In this document: positions 20,109-30,620 of the stretch, one piece after another
How the letters are laid out: each line of letters begins with the position of its first letter
Numbering within the stretch: position 1 is the stretch's first letter
Virus record (IMG/VR): IMGVR_UViG_3300044981_000214
Strand: one strand, 5' to 3'
Length of the DNA: 64,000 bases
Source: a virus
Lineage: Duplodnaviria > Caudoviricetes
Notes under the pieces: generated by a model
Database searches by the model: none
Told to the model about the DNA's origin: nothing
The model's input: only the letters and a program-made list of their open reading frames with translations
Translations under genes and position numbers: made by a program

Positions 20109-20948
20109 TCACCAGCACAGTCCTGACCCGTCTTCTGCCCAAGCTTCTAATGCTCCTAGTAGTTTGAGCATATCGCCCTTGTAGAAGCCTGCTGAATTGA
20201 GATTATTGACCTCAACAATTTTTAGGCCTTCAGACGTATCAGCAACGTCTAGAACATAAGCGTCATTGGGATGCCAGACCTTGTGACACTCGTGCGCAAA
20301 CTCCAGCACCCGAGGTTCGGTCAGCTCTGGCGCTTGGTACCGCTTGATCGTTCCGATCTTGTAGCCTGAAGACGTGACAGGTCCCCACGGTAGCATCCAC
20401 ACCCGAGTCTCGGACCAAATTTCTTTCTTGGTGCAGACCATCACGGGAGTATCCAGGTCAAGGAGGTTGATCCCAAGTGGATCGTTAACAGGGTCTGCGG
20501 TCTCGGGCATACGTTTGAGCCCTGCTACCCAATCTTGATAGTAGGGATAATCGCAGACCATCCCTGTGAAAGCCTTGGTGTCATGAACAGGTCGCAAGAA
20601 AAAGGGCTTCTCTTGTTCTGGAACAGCGCCCATTTTGTAGATCTTAGCATCGAAATTGAGCATTCGATCGCCCCAGTGCTGGCGCTGAATCTCAAAGTCT
20701 AAATTGGCTAAGAAAGCCCCTGGATGCCAGTTTCGTTCCTTGCGGGCAACGCGTGCCAGCGTATAGCTGCCGAGTACGATTGCATCTGCGCCGTTTTCGG
20801 GCAGAGCTGCGCCTTCAACTACTTCGAGCCCTCCTACAAATGGGATTACCTTAACCAACGTGTAGGTAAGATTCAAACGCTTGATTGCCGCAAGAAGACC
20901 TTCAAAGCCCTCTTCAGCGTAGATATTGGACTGAATCACCCAGTGCAT
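20109..20948 (-). CDS. ATP-grasp domain protein (DUF4343/R2K-like)
   Basis: FFLRPVHDTKAFTG; YVLDVA...KIVEVNNLNSAGFY. Confidence 0.8.
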   Translation of the reverse strand: MHWVIQSNIYAEEGFEGLLAAIKRLNLTYTLVKVIPFVGGLEVVEGAALPENGADAIVLGSYTLARVARKERNWHPGAFLANLDFEIQRQHWGDRMLNFDAKIYKMGAVPEQEKPFFLRPVHDTKAFTGMVCDYPYYQDWVAGLKRMPETADPVNDPLGINLLDLDTPVMVCTKKEIWSETRVWMLPWGPVTSSGYKIGTIKRYQAPELTEPRVLEFAHECHKVWHPNDAYVLDVADTSEGLKIVEVNNLNSAGFYKGDMLKLLGALEAWAEDGSGLCW

Positions 20949-21148
20949 GAGTTACCTACTATCTAACCACTGAGACAGAAAGAAGGCTGTAACACCTAGA
21001 TCCACAACAGTAAATATTGCGAAAATAATCGCGTTGCGCAACCAGCGCTTAGATGGCTGGTCTCGGTATCGACCGTACCAAGAAAGGCAAATGATACCGG
21101 CCTCGATAGTGCAAATCAGCCAAATCACCGTCGGAAGAAGCATCATAG

Positions 21149-21351
21149 CTAGGCGCTTCCGTATCGGAATGAGGTAAACATCCCAGTATCTTCGTCAGTA
21201 AAAAACCCAATTTATGTAATGCCGCTTTGTCCTCGTCCGATACTGACTCTGATTTGATACAGACGTACATAATGTCATGCTCGCAATGTGTAGGACGGCG
21301 AGGGTTACCGTACTTCGAAAAAATTGTCAGTGCAGCGATTAGATCTTGCAT
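21149..21351 (-). CDS. Small phage protein, needs a -1 shift at GGGTTTTTTA
   Basis: PTHCEHD motif; the -1 frame gives LGFFTDEDTGMFTSFRYGSA* ending 2 nt before the next ATG. Confidence 0.55.
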
Positions 21352-21357
21352 AGGATT

Positions 21358-22143
21358 TCACTCCCAAGGTTCGTATTCCAGATCGACCAGCACCTGCGGT
21401 GTTTCCTCTTTGGCCTTGCTAGCCGCGATCTTTAACCGTAGCTCATGACTCCAAGCCTCACTAGCTTTCTGTTTGGCCAGTAACGTCGTCGAGCGATCTG
21501 TTTGGCCAGCAACGTCGTCGAGCGAGGGCTCAGGACTCTTAACGGTCCAATTAGAGATTTGGCATTGAGCATTGAAGGTGATGCTGTAGGTTGCTCCAGC
21601 AACTGCTGGCACTGCCACATAATGTGAAGCTGTAACTGTAGTCGAGGTAACCGCAGCCGCTTTAGCTCCTGCTTCTGCCTGCTTAGCCCACTCCCGTTGA
21701 TAAGCTTGTCGCATGTTCTCATATGGAACAGCACACGGTTGATCACGAAACCATGGATCATCAAGGTCTCGTTGAGATTGAGGCTTCAAATCTTTTCTGT
21801 CTATCTGTGCAAGACCACCAGAGTACTTGCGTATAGCATCACTAGGTGTATTACGAACAAATCGAACAGTATCAACCGGGATCTGCTTTATCAACCAGAC
21901 TCCAATAGTCCCGTCAGCGCTAACTTCCAGTGGCCGAGGAATCGCATCGTCCTCCGCTACAATAGCCCATAAACACTGATTGTTACTATAGTCTGTAATT
22001 GTGCTCCAGTACCATTCATCTAATGACTTAGCCCGGTTGCAGAAATTCTGCATCTCAGTTTCTGTACACTGAGACAGAAAAAGTGCAGCCCTCGCACCTA
22101 CCCGACAGTCAGCGACACGTGCATATGTAAATTTCGTTGTCAC
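21358..22143 (-). CDS. Hypothetical protein containing a 29-bp tandem duplication
   Basis: ORF; repeat at 21468-21525. Confidence 0.6.
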   Translation of the reverse strand: MTTKFTYARVADCRVGARAALFLSQCTETEMQNFCNRAKSLDEWYWSTITDYSNNQCLWAIVAEDDAIPRPLEVSADGTIGVWLIKQIPVDTVRFVRNTPSDAIRKYSGGLAQIDRKDLKPQSQRDLDDPWFRDQPCAVPYENMRQAYQREWAKQAEAGAKAAAVTSTTVTASHYVAVPAVAGATYSITFNAQCQISNWTVKSPEPSLDDVAGQTDRSTTLLAKQKASEAWSHELRLKIAASKAKEETPQVLVDLEYEPWE

Positions 22144-22409
22144 TTAGTCTCCCTTTTCTTCCTTCTGATACCAAAGTCACCTGTTTCGTACTTATCAGGC
22201 TGTAGAAGATGATCATGTCCTACATGTGACGGCCAAGCATAAACCACGCATTGCGTATGCAGCGCCTCTGCAATAGCGGCAGCATTTGGATGATCACAGT
22301 TATCAATGAACATTTGAATCTTACGTACTTTTTCGAGTAGTTGATCCATTCGTAGCAGCGCACGAACGATATCAGCGTCCGTCTTGAAGTCTTTAATGAC
22401 ACTCACCGT

Positions 22410-22931
22410 TTAGGCTTCGCCTTTCCACGTGTATTTGAAATTACGGTACCAATCATCAACTATTTGACAATCATAGGTCGACCAGAATTCGATCTGATCC
22501 ATTGGATCTGCACCTTGCATTCTCAGAATGGCACCACAATCAGCATCCGGTGTAATTTCTCGCACAAGTCGAATCGAACGTCCAGACTTAAGCATCGTCT
22601 CGTTGGGAACTAGTCTAGGTAGCAACGTACGAGACTTATCCCGCAGCTGTCCAAGCGACTTCCCAGCCTCATCCATCGTCAACCGATAGTCAAGCTCTTC
22701 CCAAGACCAATCGAAATTATCATGATCGTCGAACGGTTCAGAAGGCGGGAAAGGCTTGAAGGGGTCACACCGAAACACGCCCCATTCAGCGATAGTCATG
22801 CCCTTGAACAACGATACGACCGCAAAAATACGGTCTAGACTAACCCAGTGGCCGCCGCTGAAGCTCTCGAACGTAGTACCGCCGAGCTGCTTACGCAACC
22901 GACGACGAGGCTTGACTGCTGATTTAGCCAT
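22410..22931 (-). CDS. Hypothetical protein with basic LG leader
   Basis: MAKSAVKPRRRLRKQLG-GTT followed by an acidic domain. Confidence 0.65.
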   Translation of the reverse strand: MAKSAVKPRRRLRKQLGGTTFESFSGGHWVSLDRIFAVVSLFKGMTIAEWGVFRCDPFKPFPPSEPFDDHDNFDWSWEELDYRLTMDEAGKSLGQLRDKSRTLLPRLVPNETMLKSGRSIRLVREITPDADCGAILRMQGADPMDQIEFWSTYDCQIVDDWYRNFKYTWKGEA

Positions 22932-23388
22932 TGTGTTGTGGCCAGTAGACGTGTTGTGGCCAGTAGACGACTTCTTCAGCGAAGCGAGCCGTGATCCGGT
23001 CGGCTTGGTCCTGGCCTAGCTTCCAACGTGCCTTGAACCTCTCAGCGTCTTCAGGCGTGTTAGCATAGCTGCCACCGCCATCGATTTGACTATCGCAACG
23101 CGCCCAACCGTAGTTGGCATACTCCAAGGCCTCACCAACTGTCATGGTGCCCTTAACAATTCGCTGCAGCAGGTCCAACGCCATATAGACATTGCCGCCT
23201 GCGCCAGGGATCGCATTACTCGTAAGCGCAGTCACAAAGTCGCTTCCGACTTTGTGCTCTGTAGCGGCATCGAAAGAAGGAAACACGTGAATAATCAAGA
23301 GCGCAATCGTAATCGGGTGTCCTGGGTAAACAGCCGATTCGCCGAGTAGCTCACGTTCAAGTTTGTGACCGTCGATGGTAGGGTTCAT
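22924..23388 (-). CDS. Hypothetical protein
   Basis: Follows a GAAATAA-N15-CGTA promoter; 18-bp duplication near the 3' end. Confidence 0.65.
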   Translation of the reverse strand: MNPTIDGHKLERELLGESAVYPGHPITIALLIIHVFPSFDAATEHKVGSDFVTALTSNAIPGAGGNVYMALDLLQRIVKGTMTVGEALEYANYGWARCDSQIDGGGSYANTPEDAERFKARWKLGQDQADRITARFAEEVVYWPQHVYWPQHNG

Positions 23389-23399
23389 AATAGATTTAT

Positions 23400-23425
23400 T
23401 ACGTTTCAGGTATAGGCCTTATTTC
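23400..23425 (-). promoter_or_regulatory. GAAATAR-N15-CGTA promoter motif
   Basis: GAAATAA ggcctatacctgaaa CGTA, 11 nt before the ATG. Confidence 0.7.
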
Positions 23426-23488
23426 CTTTGAACCAACGATCACGTAACACGGCGATTTCAGGGGGTAAGCACCACCGATCATAGACCT

Positions 23489-24085
23489 TTAAGGGGTGTT
23501 TTTAACACACCTAAGCCAGGTCTCGGCATCTTCCTTTTTCTTGAATATAGCAAACGTCTTCTCGATGGCCCACCAGGCATCATACCAATCGTAATCGTCG
23601 CGAGTTTTAGCAAACCTAGACGACACCGAAATACCTTTAACGTCTGATGGCCCGCGTTCGTCAACAAAATTGTCACGAATACACGTACGCTCCTTCAGCC
23701 GCGTGAAATCACCAGACAGGCCAAGCTGGTCGATAAACAGCATCTTGGCCAGAGTATATTCATCCTCGGGGCCAACGTACCAACAAAGGTACTTGCCTGC
23801 GACTTTGATACGCTTTGGCTCAGACACCATAGTAGCTGCCCGCATGCGCTTGAGTGCAGCTGGCAGCGCGCCATACTCGAACTCCGCCGATCCCATATAA
23901 TCCATGGTGAAGAAGTAGTCGATGGACGTAGGGATAGGGTCAGGTAGCAAGTGCTTAGACGCACGTTGAATGAATTTAGATTTCACTCGTTGAACGAGAT
24001 AAATATTGTGCTTGAGCGTTGGCCGCTTGGCAACTTCACGAGAGTTTGCCGTTGCCTGAAACGCACGCTTGAGTCCGTCGCCCAT
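23489..24085 (-). CDS. Conserved-looking phage protein
   Basis: DYMGSAEFEYGALP motif. Confidence 0.65.
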   Translation of the reverse strand: MGDGLKRAFQATANSREVAKRPTLKHNIYLVQRVKSKFIQRASKHLLPDPIPTSIDYFFTMDYMGSAEFEYGALPAALKRMRAATMVSEPKRIKVAGKYLCWYVGPEDEYTLAKMLFIDQLGLSGDFTRLKERTCIRDNFVDERGPSDVKGISVSSRFAKTRDDYDWYDAWWAIEKTFAIFKKKEDAETWLRCVKNTP

Positions 24086-24134
24086 AACATTTCTCCTATG
24101 CTAGATCAAACGTCCGACTCGCTAACCTATTCCC

Positions 24135-24776
24135 TCAATAAATCCTTGTGACACGCGGCACATCTTCAGCAAACGGCGACCGGCCTGCCAGCAACTCGAT
24201 AGCCGCGCTCCCATTACCGCAGCTCATAAGCGCTGCACAGGCTTCTAAAAGGTCGTCATCTGCTTCTACCAGCCTTTTAGCGTCGAGGTCCCACAGTTCG
24301 ATATAGAGCTGATCACGACGGGCGGGCTGATAGTCCCACACCTGAGCATGAATCACACGACATGCAGCCTGGGCTAATAGCTTTCGATTTGATCGACTAG
24401 CAGTAGGGTGACCCCAAACACTAGCTGCGAAGCGCGCAAGCCGTGGGCTAATCGCATGATGCTGGCCAAAGGTCAAGGCCGAATTGACCGCGTTCAGTAT
24501 TGAGGCTGAACTAGCCGACGTCATACGCGAAATATTGTACGAACCCGCTAGCCGCCCTTCGGGACTCGCGATGCCAACGCATACCTCGGACCAGGGTTTG
24601 GTACGCGATTGACCTCCCCAGACGGCTTTGTATTGCCACGTGTGGCTTGTAACAGCTTTATCGATTAGTTCCTCGAAAGAAAATCGAGCACATGCGACAT
24701 CGTTGCTGCCCTCATCATCGAGAGGATCTTGCCAGTCTCGCCAGTCACTACAGATCAATCGAATATTGGCTGACAT
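24135..24776 (-). CDS. Hypothetical protein with C-terminal ALQA-like module
   Basis: DDLLEACAALMSCGNGSAAIELL; start reassigned to MSANIRL. Confidence 0.55.
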   Translation of the reverse strand: MSANIRLICSDWRDWQDPLDDEGSNDVACARFSFEELIDKAVTSHTWQYKAVWGGQSRTKPWSEVCVGIASPEGRLAGSYNISRMTSASSASILNAVNSALTFGQHHAISPRLARFAASVWGHPTASRSNRKLLAQAACRVIHAQVWDYQPARRDQLYIELWDLDAKRLVEADDDLLEACAALMSCGNGSAAIELLAGRSPFAEDVPRVTRIY

Positions 24777-25354
24777 GAAGGTGAAGGCGAATAGATTATC
24801 GAGAATTATTAAGAAGCCTTGGTAGCGCCGACATCCACGGCACAAGGCCTGACGGATACTCTGCAGTATACCCACGCCAGCCGTCGTTCTCGCACGCAAT
24901 GAGCGCATCGTTGCGCGTGTTGAAAATCGCGTCGTGACCATTGACCTGAAGCCAGCCACGAATCTTGGCATTTGGCTCAGTCGGGTGCTTGTTGTCGTGC
25001 ATATACACGACGCCGTAAGTAATCATATTAATCCTCGATCTTGAGGGCAATTTTGAAATTACGCTTACCTGCAGGGACGACGCCTTCAGCCAACCGTGCG
25101 ACCATCGCGTCACGAAATTCAATAATCTCTGCGGGCGTCAACGCGCGCTCCGAATCAGCAGAATACATCCAACGAATTTCTTGCATCAGGTACGCATCAA
25201 TCAATGCGTTGCGAATCACAGGCCCAAAAAGGTGCCACGAGTGCCTGCTATCACTAGCGGCAAATTCACGGGCTGACCGCTCGATGTCTTCTTTGCAAAA
25301 TCGCTTCATTTGAAGATGCAACGTAGGTAGTCTATCGATTATTCCACTAAGGAA

Positions 25355-26251
25355 TTACTTCTGAACTCTCGGCCACTTAGCCGGTGCCCAGTCAGCAATC
25401 TTCTTGCTGTAAATCGCGATATCCTGCGTCAAAGCCTTGATATCACGTTCTAATTCGTACTTCAGGTTCGCGATGGCCTTATCGAACTCGGGCTCGCCAC
25501 GCTTCAGTTCTTTCTTCTCAGAAACAAATCGGCCCGAACCAATGTACTTGCGGTTAACTTCGACCAGCATCGTCTGGAGGGTATCAGCACCCACTAGACG
25601 CTCTTGGCGAGCCTTCAGGGTAGCTTTCAGCACCTCCAGCCACGACTTGGTGCCCTCACAAGAAACCTCGAAGGGCGCAAAGCCAACGCCATGGCAGTCG
25701 CCGATGATATAGCCAATGCCCGGCCGCTGGAACCCGTGGTGGACCATATTCTGCGGTTTGACAACGTAATCGCCAAAACAAACCGGGCAGGTACCGCAGC
25801 GCTCGCCACGCTTCTCGAAGTCCTGCTTGGCCCGAATAGCCCTCTTCTCGCTTTTCTCAACTTCACGAGTCAGGTACTGCAGCACGGCAATCATCTTGCC
25901 AACGATTTTCTTGAACCGGAAGCCCTCAACCGTACGGTCGAAATCGACCTCGTGCCAAGTGCCAGCGGCGTAGCAAGTGTTCGTCTCGTTCGACCAAGCC
26001 GGCTGCGAATAGTTATTAACCATCTGTACGATCAAGCCGTGACGGTTTACACCGCGAACGATGAGCGGCTGAGGCTTAGGGAAGAGAAAAAGTTTGCTGT
26101 GGACGATGAAGGGCGGGCAAACAACATAGCTATTCTTCGGTAGTCGACTAGCGACAGGCAAGTCTGTGACCACTTCGCCTGAAACTGCTTCCCACTGATG
26201 CGGCCAAACGTTGCGGACCGGGACCAAAAACTGGGTAGTGGCGGTGCTCAT
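25355..26251 (-). CDS. Hypothetical early-type protein with Zn finger and coiled coil
   Basis: GTCPVC, HHGFQRPG, DCHG. Confidence 0.7.
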   Translation of the reverse strand: MSTATTQFLVPVRNVWPHQWEAVSGEVVTDLPVASRLPKNSYVVCPPFIVHSKLFLFPKPQPLIVRGVNRHGLIVQMVNNYSQPAWSNETNTCYAAGTWHEVDFDRTVEGFRFKKIVGKMIAVLQYLTREVEKSEKRAIRAKQDFEKRGERCGTCPVCFGDYVVKPQNMVHHGFQRPGIGYIIGDCHGVGFAPFEVSCEGTKSWLEVLKATLKARQERLVGADTLQTMLVEVNRKYIGSGRFVSEKKELKRGEPEFDKAIANLKYELERDIKALTQDIAIYSKKIADWAPAKWPRVQK

Positions 26252-26261
26252 TTGATAGATA

Positions 26262-26287
26262 TACGTTTGAGCTGTGCAGACTATTTC
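26262..26287 (-). promoter_or_regulatory. GAAATAG-N15-CGTA promoter motif
   Basis: Exact spacing, 10 nt before the ATG. Confidence 0.75.
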
Positions 26288-26302
26288 TTGAAAAAGGCGC
26301 CG

Positions 26303-26533
26303 TTACGGGCAAACGCCGACAAGCGTCACACCGCGGCGACTAGCCTCAGCGATCGCAAGCCGCTTGGCCTCAGTATAAGTCCTTGCAGGACCAGGAACGA
26401 ACCAAGCCTCATCAACGGTGACGTAATCCGTCTTACCAAACACGAACGCCCAGCTTCCAAGGCCTCGTGGGGTATGCCCATGCTCGAACTTGAAGGCTGA
26501 GGTATCGAACTGGATCTTCATGGTGGTGCTCAT
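26303..26533 (-). CDS. Small early-type phage protein
   Basis: HGHTPRGLGSWAF; start set by the promoter. Confidence 0.7.
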   Translation of the reverse strand: MSTTMKIQFDTSAFKFEHGHTPRGLGSWAFVFGKTDYVTVDEAWFVPGPARTYTEAKRLAIAEASRRGVTLVGVCP

Positions 26534-26543
26534 TTGATAGATA

Positions 26544-26569
26544 TACGTTTTTAGCAGGCGATCTATTTC
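26544..26569 (-). promoter_or_regulatory. GAAATAG-N15-CGTA promoter motif
   Basis: Shares AAACGTATATCTATCAAATGAGCACC with the 26251 cassette. Confidence 0.75.
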
Positions 26570-26894
26570 AAGTAGTCGAGAGCTATTTAGCTCTCCGTGC
26601 ATAACCTTTCACGTAAGGATCATTCAAGTTAGTCAACGACTGCCGCAACACATCGAGCTGTTTCTTCGTGTCCACATTCACGTAAGCTTCTTCTGACACG
26701 TTAACCCAATTATCGTTATCAGCAACTTCACAGATGCTGATTGAAGCTGTCTGATCATACCGATCGGCAGGCAGATATACTAGACCACGCCCGTCCTCAA
26801 ACTTAGCTAATAGAAACCCGTCAAGCACTTCACCCTTGACGTGAAGTGCAACCATACCAGTACATAAATACTTAATCTTCTTCATGAGGAACTC

Positions 26895-27050
26895 CTAGAT
26901 CTTCGTGTTGCCAGTCGTGCCCGAGATCACGTCGAGGGCTGCCATGATCGAACCAGCAGACACGCCAAGCACTGTAATGCCTGGAGTCCTGGGCAGATAC
27001 CAAGCGCGGTACTCAATACCCTTGAAGAGGCGTTGTCTCATGTTCATCAT
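26895..27050 (-). CDS. 51-aa hypothetical protein (not in ORF track)
   Basis: MMNMRQRLFKG...; directly after the promoter motif. Confidence 0.55.
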   Translation of the reverse strand: MMNMRQRLFKGIEYRAWYLPRTPGITVLGVSAGSIMAALDVISGTTGNTKI

Positions 27051-27060
27051 ATGGCTAGTA

Positions 27061-27086
27061 TACGTTTAAAGCTAACGCTCTATTTC
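27061..27086 (-). promoter_or_regulatory. GAAATAG-N15-CGTA promoter motif
   Basis: GAAATAG agcgttagctttaaa CGTA. Confidence 0.75.
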
Positions 27087-27379
27087 AAGTCGAGCGCTAT
27101 TTGGCCTTATTAAGATTGTCATGTTCAAAGTTGTAAAGATCCGAAAACTCTGAAGGCGTGAGGTTGTTAACCGTGAGCACGGAGCCTAGGCTAATGCCGT
27201 ATTCTTCGGCCTCTGGAAACTTGTCCTCTCGGGTGCCTGCCAGCAGGTACCTCCGATAACGCGTCTCGGTCATGCGAAATATTTCGCCGTGATCATTGAC
27301 ATAGCGATATGTAATCTTCCCCATAATTACCTCCAATAGGCATCCAGTCGATTAAACAACGGTCAAATCCTAGTAAAGC

Positions 27380-27592
27380 CTAGGTCCTCGTGATGATGGT
27401 GTCGACGCCAGCTTCGCCGATCTCGGTAGTGGGCGTGTTGGCATAGTAAAACGAGCGCCCCTCCACGTCGTCCTCGGCCTCACGCTGGGACTCGTACTCC
27501 TCATCGTCGAATTCCCCGCCAGTGTCAGACACCTGCCAGGATTCCGCATTATCATCGATGCGGTGGTGGATATTAATTTCGATCGTCGCCAT
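27380..27592 (-). CDS. Small very acidic protein
   Basis: D/E-rich, 70 aa; follows a promoter motif. Confidence 0.65.
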   Translation of the reverse strand: MATIEINIHHRIDDNAESWQVSDTGGEFDDEEYESQREAEDDVEGRSFYYANTPTTEIGEAGVDTIITRT

Positions 27593-27603
27593 GTTGACTA
27601 GTA

Positions 27604-27629
27604 TACGTTTATCGACTTCTGGCTATTTC
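27604..27629 (-). promoter_or_regulatory. GAAATAG-N15-CGTA promoter motif
   Basis: GAAATAG ccagaagtcgataaa CGTA. Confidence 0.75.
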
Positions 27630-28052
27630 AGTCGAGCAAAGACCATTTTTAGTGTGCCTACTAATACCCTCCCCGTCGAACCGCCACGGTGTAGTAGCCA
27701 TTACGGTCTTGCTGGAGACTTGGCCAGCCGGCGTCCCAGCCCGGGATCTCGTCAACAACACGCATGAATTCCCACGCGAGGTCACGCGCGGTGAAATAGA
27801 ACGTACGCGTTTCACCGAAGTCTTGTGTGTCATCCGGGCGCTTAGCATCAATTCGCATACCGTAATAAAGCTGTACCCAGGTTAACTATTCCAAGTCAAG
27901 CTCTAAATCGTATAAGTACTTGATGTCCTGCAAGTATTTGATTACACGAAGCGTCAATTTCGCGTGCCAAAAATCTTTAATCTCACTTCAGGTACTTGCG
28001 CAACAGGCTCTCGACAAGAAAATAATGCCGCGTTATAAACGTTATTACTGCC

Positions 28053-28229
28053 ATGACGCCAGCCAAATACTTTTATTGGAAAGTCTGGGTGACGACTACG
28101 CTTCTACGTAGGCGTGTGGCTCTGGTCGTGTCTGGTCCTACAAAGGACGCTGCCAAAGAAGCTGTCGGCGGTAAAGTAAAGCGTACGCTCGGCCCGTTTA
28201 ATTCGGTGGCGGAAGCGATTAACGCGTGA
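28053..28229 (+). CDS. 58-aa hypothetical protein (not in ORF track)
   Basis: MTPAKYFYWKV...; preceded by GAAAATA-N15-CGTT. Confidence 0.6.
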   Translation: MTPAKYFYWKVWVTTTLLRRRVALVVSGPTKDAAKEAVGGKVKRTLGPFNSVAEAINA

Positions 28230-28447
28230 TACAGAAGTTTGATGAGCACAAGAATCGGCGTTGTTCCTGATGTTCACAACAGTGAAGCCATCCATGTGTT
28301 AGCGAGTCGTGGTGGCGTCGAGCTGTACCAGACTTACCACACCCATACGTTGACGCCTATTGAGGCACGAAATTACGCAGCACTGTTGGTTCGAGCTTCA
28401 GAAGAAGCTGAGCGGATGCAGAGCAAGATAGAACAAGACGATACCTT

Positions 28448-28473
28448 GAAATAGTTTGCAGCGTAGAGACGTA
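28448..28473 (+). promoter_or_regulatory. GAAATAG-N15-CGTA promoter motif
   Basis: 9 nt before the ATG at 28483. Confidence 0.7.
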
Positions 28474-29547
28474 TTTAGCGACATGATCCCGACATCAAGA
28501 AGTTTTTATGAATGGCACGCATCCCTTCGTGCTCGTCGAAACGCTGAAGCTGCTGTGCAACAGGCTGAAGCTGGAGTAGAAGCCGCACGCAATATTTTGG
28601 CTAGTGCTGAATCTGCCATCGATCAAGCCCGCGAGCTATTGGCTGACGCAGAAGACCGACTGAATAGCGCACAAATCGAATTAGCTGATACCCAAAAGGT
28701 CGTCAGGACCGCACGCAAGGCGGTTGAAGAAATGAGAATCTGATGCGAGATCTTACCGACGAAGCGTTCATGAAGTGGGCCGAAGCGCTTAAACCGTGTC
28801 GTTACTGTCAAAGAAAATTCTACGGTCCTGTTTGTCCGTGCGAACTGTCCAAACGACAGTCTAAGTAAAGAAAAAGAGAAAGAAATGGGTGTAGATTACA
28901 CTGCAATCGCTGTTCTGGGCGTCAACGTCACAGGAAAATTGCACACGCACGAGCTTGTTACTAGGCCCGTGTGCAACCATACAGTCGTGCCTAATGCTAA
29001 GTTCTGTTCTGAATGCGGCGCCAAGGCAACGTACCACGCCTGGGTGCCCGTCAAAGGATATGATGAGGATCTTCCTAAGATGGGCTCGTTTCAGGTTATT
29101 AACGGTACGTACGATGATAGATATCCTAACCTAACGCCTCGATTTGTAGGGGTAGCAGTAGAAGTTGGAAACTACGATAATCCTCGCAGACTGCCGATTG
29201 AGATCGGACAATTCTGCGATGATATTGAATCTCTACAGAAAAATCTACAAGCTACGCTAGAACCATTAGGTCTTTGGGATCCAAAAATGTTTGGTATCTG
29301 GGCCGTCTTGCAGTGCCGTTATTGACATGCGAATCACCAACGAACAAATCGCGTTCGCGACCAAACTAACCGCTGACGCTACTCTAGGTCCATGGAGCGT
29401 ATCAGCAGCAGGCCACATGAGCGGTTGGACAAGTTACAGCGTCAACGGCCCGGTTCCAGGACCGTACGGAGATGATTTTGACCGCGAGCAAAGAATTCGC
29501 GCAATGGCTACGCGATATCTCTGAAGCCAACTACCTTCATAGAAGGT

Positions 29548-29967
29548 GTGGCTGTTGTTGAGAACTATTCATCAGGCATTATTTACACTATTGCTGTTTG
29601 TGTGGATCGGAAAGATCGTCACGCTGAAGCATATCTAAATGCACACACACGAGTCGATTGGGGCGTGAAATTCTTTCAAAGGCGAAATCCTGACCGTTAC
29701 CAGAGCGAAGAAAAATGGCAAGGAACTGGATATCGTTTCATTGATGCCATTAAAATCTGTCAGGCCTGGGCTATTCACGGTGAAGCGCTTGAGGATAAAC
29801 AGAGAAAGATGATGATGATGCTGGGTGCCGTAGACCCTAACGGATACGTCACTGACGGCGAACGCCTACACGCTATCGAAGCGGCCTGGACAGCAGGTGC
29901 ATACGACTTGGCTAAGCAACTGGCAGCAGATTGTGCACCTGGGAAAGCGCGCAAGAAGAGCGCATAG
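29548..29967 (+). CDS. Hypothetical protein with C-terminal ALQA-like module
   Basis: ERLHAIEAAWTAGAYDLAKQLA. Confidence 0.55.
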   Translation: MAVVENYSSGIIYTIAVCVDRKDRHAEAYLNAHTRVDWGVKFFQRRNPDRYQSEEKWQGTGYRFIDAIKICQAWAIHGEALEDKQRKMMMMLGAVDPNGYVTDGERLHAIEAAWTAGAYDLAKQLAADCAPGKARKKSA

Positions 29968-30620
29968 CTCTTGACAAGTCGACGGCAAGTAAGCTCTCAT
30001 TCGTAAGTTATGTTTTCTATCGTTTTGTTGATCGGCTGGGCTTGCGCCGTCGGTCTTACTTTTCTAACTATCGATGAACCAAGACCCTAACGGTAGTCAA
30101 GAAGAAATAATATGGTAATGAAACAAGGGACGATCGTCCCGCCTGAACTTGACTTTCGTGCTCTCTGTCGAGGTGCAGTGAATACTGAAATTGCTATTTG
30201 GAATGACTACGAGAAATCCAAGTGGCTCCTACTCGGCGAAGTCATGCTTATGCCCCGAGACGGGCATCACCATAAAGGCATTTGGAGTCTCGGAGCATAC
30301 CTGCTAAACGCGACCGACTTCGAACATGACGCTGCATGGCTCCTGAAGATGGAACTGGTTGGTGTAGAACTGGACTCTATGACATACGGTCAGACCTGCA
30401 TACAGGGCTGGATTCGTGCAGATCACTCCGAGGCGTTCAGAGTTCCATCCGCAGGCTACAATCCGGTCAAACACAAAGACGCAACGCCCTGTCGCGAAAA
30501 GGACTGCCGTCGAGGCGAGAAGCACATTATCGTACCAGAAGGATTCTACGTGCCACCTGAGAACCCCGAGTTATTCAACATCGTTCGTGGGCGGCGTATC
30601 GAAATAACAATGACAAGCAA

